Shown here in pieces: positions 35,157 through 38,275 of a DNA stretch of 38,275 nt. This stretch comes from Verrucomicrobiia bacterium (lineage in GTDB: Bacteria > Verrucomicrobiota > Verrucomicrobiia > Limisphaerales > Palsa-1400), in contig DASYNM010000413.1 of assembly GCA_036008545.1 (NCBI GenBank), positions 1-38,275 of the forward strand. Reading direction: 5' to 3'. The notes below the pieces were generated by a model. The model was not told the DNA's origin, did not search any database, and was given only the letters and a program-made list of their open reading frames with translations. How positions within the stretch are numbered: the first letter of the stretch is position 1; each line of letters begins with the position of its first letter. The translations under genes were made by a program, and so were the position numbers.

Positions 35157-37355
35157 TCATCCAGCGGCTCGCATTTCCAACTCGGCGGTCGCGTCGGCAG
35201 AGGAGCTGGATTCTCCCTTTTCGGGGACCTCGACGCGGATTTCCGTCCCTTGGCCGGGAGCGCTTATCATCGCATAACGGCCGCCCATTTTTTCCGCGCG
35301 TTCGCTCATGTCAAGCAAACCGAAATGTCCGCTGTTCTGGTTGACGGATGGGTTGGCGGTGTCGAAACCGACGCCGTCATCGGTGACGCGGAGGGAAACC
35401 TTGGCCGGCTGATAGTCCAGGTGGACAGCGATCCGCGTGGCCTGGGCGTGTTTGAGAGCATTGGCCAAAGCTTCCTGCGCGACGCGCAAGAGATTGTTCT
35501 CCATCTGCGGCGGCAGCTTGCGCGGCGTGCCGGAAGTCTGGACGGCGATCTGGACGCGCGGACTGCGGGGCGTGAGCTTGGCGACTTCGGCCAGGGCTGT
35601 GACGAGATTGCTATTTTCCAGCAAATGCGAGCGCAAATCCCACACCGAGCGACGCGCTTCAAACAGGCTGCGCCGGGTCATGTTGCGCGCCAGTTCGAGC
35701 ATCTGTCGGGCCACGCGCGGCGACTGGTCAAATTGAGCGGACACAGTTTCCAACTGAATGGTGATGGCCGCCAATTCCTGTTCGAGCGTGTCATGGAATT
35801 CCCGCGCAATGCGTGTGCGCTCCTCCAAGACGGCCTCCCGCTGGAGTTTCTGTTGAATGATGGTGGTTTGTTGGCGAACTTTTCGATCCAGTGCGAAAAC
35901 CCAGGCAAAGCCAGCCAGCAGAACCACGCTCATCATCCCCAGCATCCAGAGCAAACGCGAGAGAGTCCACCAGGGCGGGTTCTGGATGACCGCCACGTCC
36001 GCGGAATCGCGCAGCAGCAATTGGAATGCTTCCGGCGCGTATTCCAGTGACGGATTCCAATTTTCCACCGGCTGCGCCAGGCACACGCCAGTCAATTCCA
36101 ATTCGCTGCCGTTTTGCAAAGCCGTGAAGCGGCGTTCGGCCTTGGACGAATTCAGGTGCGCATTGAGAATGAGATTCTGCGCTTCCAAAACCAGGATTTG
36201 TTCGTCTGCGCGTTCGATCCGGTTAATCAACCGACCGCGCAGCCGCACCAGCACCGTGTCATAATCACCGGGGGACAATTGGTCGATCCTGACTTCCGCG
36301 GGCGCCGGCTCGGCCTTATGGCCAACGACGTGGAAAATGGCGTCTTCAAGCATCGGCGCGTATTGCCCCAGGACGGGGAAACCAACCACCTGCACCACGT
36401 CCCCCGGCGAAACTGGATTGGTTTGCGCGGTCCTGACATAAAGGCTGGCGCGGCCATCTTGAATAAAAAGCGAATTCTCTTTCTGATGGGTGACGACGCC
36501 TTGCACCTTGACGCGCCGTCCGTAATAGCCCTCCGAATTGAATTGCAGCAGGCTGGCCAGCGGTACTTCGGCGATTTCGCCGGGCGCGGCTACTTCGACC
36601 ACGATGTTCGAGGGGCTGGTCACGCTGAGATACGGCGCGCGTAGCTGGCGTTTGCGATTGAAGCGCGTGCGGCAAACCCCTTGCAGGCGAATATTGGCAC
36701 CAATCAATTCCTCGGCCTTTGCCACATCCAAATGCCCCACCAGCGCCGACAAGCGCTCGCCATTAAGCATTAAATCCAGGCGCGTCCGATTTTTTGAGCC
36801 TGGAACTACGGAGCGAACCACGCCTTGCACTTCGACCCACTGACTATCCTCTTTGCCGGTGGCCAATTGTTCGTAAGACATGCGACCGGGGGCTGGCAAC
36901 GGCGACTGGCCAAGCACCCGCAAGTGTTCCGCCAAGACCATCGGCACGTAATCACCCGGCGCCGTGATGCCCTGGACTTCCACATCGTCGCCTGCATTGA
37001 GGTTGGTGCCTTCGCCTAATTTGACGTAAACGCTGGCGGTGGAGTCCTGCACGAACATGCCGACATCGGCCCAGGCGTTGCAATACGTCACCACCCCGCG
37101 CAACCGTACCGGATAGCCCTGAGCCGCCTGCTCGGGCGAAATCTCGCGCACTTGACGGACGGTGGCCAGCAGCGGCAATTCCCCCGCCGCGCTGGCCCGC
37201 AAACAAGCCAGGCCCGACAGGAGTATGAGAAATACAGGGACGGAACTTTCCGGCGCACTCAGAAATGGTGTTTTCACTACTGTATTGTGCCAGAATATGT
37301 CTGGAACCGCAATGCGGCGATGGCCCTCCCATAGGTATGACTCAGCGGCAAACAT
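35157..37355 (-). CDS. Membrane sensor histidine kinase (HisKA_3 + HATPase_c) with a large periplasmic domain built from four beta-barrel/OB-like units
   Basis: The N-terminal TM/signal is VPVFLILLSGLACLRASAA. The periplasmic region is about 400 aa and has an A-B-A-B internal repeat. The second TM is LLWMLGMMSVVLLAGFAWVFAL. The HisKA_3 H-box is ERTRIAREFHDTLEQELAAI. The N/G boxes are EALANALKHAQATRI, DDGVGF and GHFGLLDMSERAE. Confidence 0.9.
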   Translation of the reverse strand: MFAAESYLWEGHRRIAVPDIFWHNTVVKTPFLSAPESSVPVFLILLSGLACLRASAAGELPLLATVRQVREISPEQAAQGYPVRLRGVVTYCNAWADVGMFVQDSTASVYVKLGEGTNLNAGDDVEVQGITAPGDYVPMVLAEHLRVLGQSPLPAPGRMSYEQLATGKEDSQWVEVQGVVRSVVPGSKNRTRLDLMLNGERLSALVGHLDVAKAEELIGANIRLQGVCRTRFNRKRQLRAPYLSVTSPSNIVVEVAAPGEIAEVPLASLLQFNSEGYYGRRVKVQGVVTHQKENSLFIQDGRASLYVRTAQTNPVSPGDVVQVVGFPVLGQYAPMLEDAIFHVVGHKAEPAPAEVRIDQLSPGDYDTVLVRLRGRLINRIERADEQILVLEAQNLILNAHLNSSKAERRFTALQNGSELELTGVCLAQPVENWNPSLEYAPEAFQLLLRDSADVAVIQNPPWWTLSRLLWMLGMMSVVLLAGFAWVFALDRKVRQQTTIIQQKLQREAVLEERTRIAREFHDTLEQELAAITIQLETVSAQFDQSPRVARQMLELARNMTRRSLFEARRSVWDLRSHLLENSNLVTALAEVAKLTPRSPRVQIAVQTSGTPRKLPPQMENNLLRVAQEALANALKHAQATRIAVHLDYQPAKVSLRVTDDGVGFDTANPSVNQNSGHFGLLDMSERAEKMGGRYAMISAPGQGTEIRVEVPEKGESSSSADATAELEMRAAG

Positions 37356-37566
37356 GGCTCTGTGTGAAGTCTCAACAAATCCATCGTCCCGTCAATCAGG
37401 CACTCCGGCTAACAAAGACCTATACCAAAGGCGTAGAAGAAACCGAACCCAATGCCTTAGTGACAAGAGCGGAGGATTTACCCATGATGAAGCCAATCCA
37501 GAGACAAATGTGAGCGACAACCTAAATCGTCGAATGAATGCACCATTATCATCTAATCGATCCCTT

Positions 37567-38275
37567 ATGAAACTAGACCGAACTTTAAAATTTCTCTGCG
37601 CACTGCTTGGCTTGATGCTGTTTCACTCGGTTAGTAACGCGCAAACCATCGACACTGCTTCCTACACAAATTTTTTCGAAACCGGAGGGAACACAACAGA
37701 CTTTACGGGAGGCAGTGTGGCTTCATGGCTATACTGGTATGGATTAAGTTTTGGCAACACGGCTATGACCAACGATCCCACCATGAACGTGGACAATGAC
37801 ACAAACGTCAATGGATCGCTTTATTGCTCGTTGCCTTTCACCGGCATCAACGAGCAAGTGCAAATCTTTGGCACGTTTGATAACGAATACGGCTATGACA
37901 ATTCGGAACAAATTCCTTTGGATCTCATCACCAACATAGCCTTTGATATTCATGTGCAGCCCGGAACGATCCCTGATTCATCCGGGAATTTTGGCCAGAT
38001 TGTAATGAGCGTTGTAGATCCAGGTTGGAATGATGGCGGACGTGTCGGGACTTGGACTGCGATAACCATTCCGGGAACGGCAAGCAACGGCTGGGTGCAT
38101 CTGCAGGATGCAAACCTGAGCAATGATCTTGCCACCATGGAACTCTCGGAGTCTGGTCTGTCCACTGTCTATACCAATGCGGCGGGAGTCGGTTTCTATG
38201 TTCAGAGCTATGGCGGCTATCCTACCAATACCTTCACTTTTTGGATCGACAACGTCGCGGTTACGACTTCGAGCG
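37567..38275 (+). CDS. Secreted protein. Only the N-terminal 236 codons are present because the gene runs off the right edge. It has a CBM-like / jelly-roll N-terminal module related to the N-terminus of the 18063 glycoside hydrolase.
   Basis: The ORF is missing from the track because it has no stop in the window. I translated 37567-38274 codon by codon and found no stop. The signal peptide is MKLDRTLKFLCALLGLMLFHSVSNAQT. The module ends with TFTFWIDNVAVT, which compares with LRIDNIVLT and FYVDDVELV in the 994-aa hydrolase. The upstream in-frame ATG 37534 is an alternative start. Confidence 0.65.
   Translation, partial: MKLDRTLKFLCALLGLMLFHSVSNAQTIDTASYTNFFETGGNTTDFTGGSVASWLYWYGLSFGNTAMTNDPTMNVDNDTNVNGSLYCSLPFTGINEQVQIFGTFDNEYGYDNSEQIPLDLITNIAFDIHVQPGTIPDSSGNFGQIVMSVVDPGWNDGGRVGTWTAITIPGTASNGWVHLQDANLSNDLATMELSESGLSTVYTNAAGVGFYVQSYGGYPTNTFTFWIDNVAVTTSS

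Noticed and set aside
35250-36050. A 266-aa + strand ORF inside the sensor kinase gene, with similar ones at 12678-13361, 9892-10584 and 14159-14701
   Set aside because: All are antisense to genes with textbook kinase, receiver or AraC motifs. They are typical GC-rich antisense frames.

Overview
This 38.3-kb chromosomal segment has moderately high GC. Hand-counted 120-nt samples gave about 59-63% GC in typical genes. It reads like a PVC-superphylum genome, most likely Verrucomicrobiota and possibly Planctomycetota. The hallmarks are a PSCyt1-DUF1549-DUF1553 / DUF1501 gene pair, a prepilin-type N-terminal (DUF1559 / degenerate H-X9-DG) protein, a TAT-signal Gfo/Idh/MocA oxidoreductase, and very large secreted LRR and glycoside-hydrolase proteins. 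I can support 24 protein-coding genes, two of them cut by the window edges and therefore absent from the ORF track, plus one tRNA-Ser(GCU) and a handful of intergenic hairpins and palindromes. I saw no rRNA, CRISPR array, transposase, integrase, phage gene or recognisable defence gene. Most long ORFs in the track that lie antisense to these genes are high-GC shadow ORFs. Items worth a second look: (1) a co-directional radical SAM - PocR/AraC - PAS kinase - single receiver - REC-PAS-HisKA_3 kinase - NarL regulator cluster, which looks like a two-tier phosphorelay; (2) an 850-aa membrane-anchored protein with two STN-like repeats and a GspG-pseudopilin-like C-terminus; (3) a C-terminal module shared by two convergent giant exported proteins; (4) a sensor kinase with a fourfold beta-barrel-like periplasmic array; (5) a 924-bp ORF-free, lower-GC gap; (6) a dense cluster of perfect GC-rich hairpins in a divergent intergenic region. 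All family assignments come from motif recognition by eye. No searches were run.
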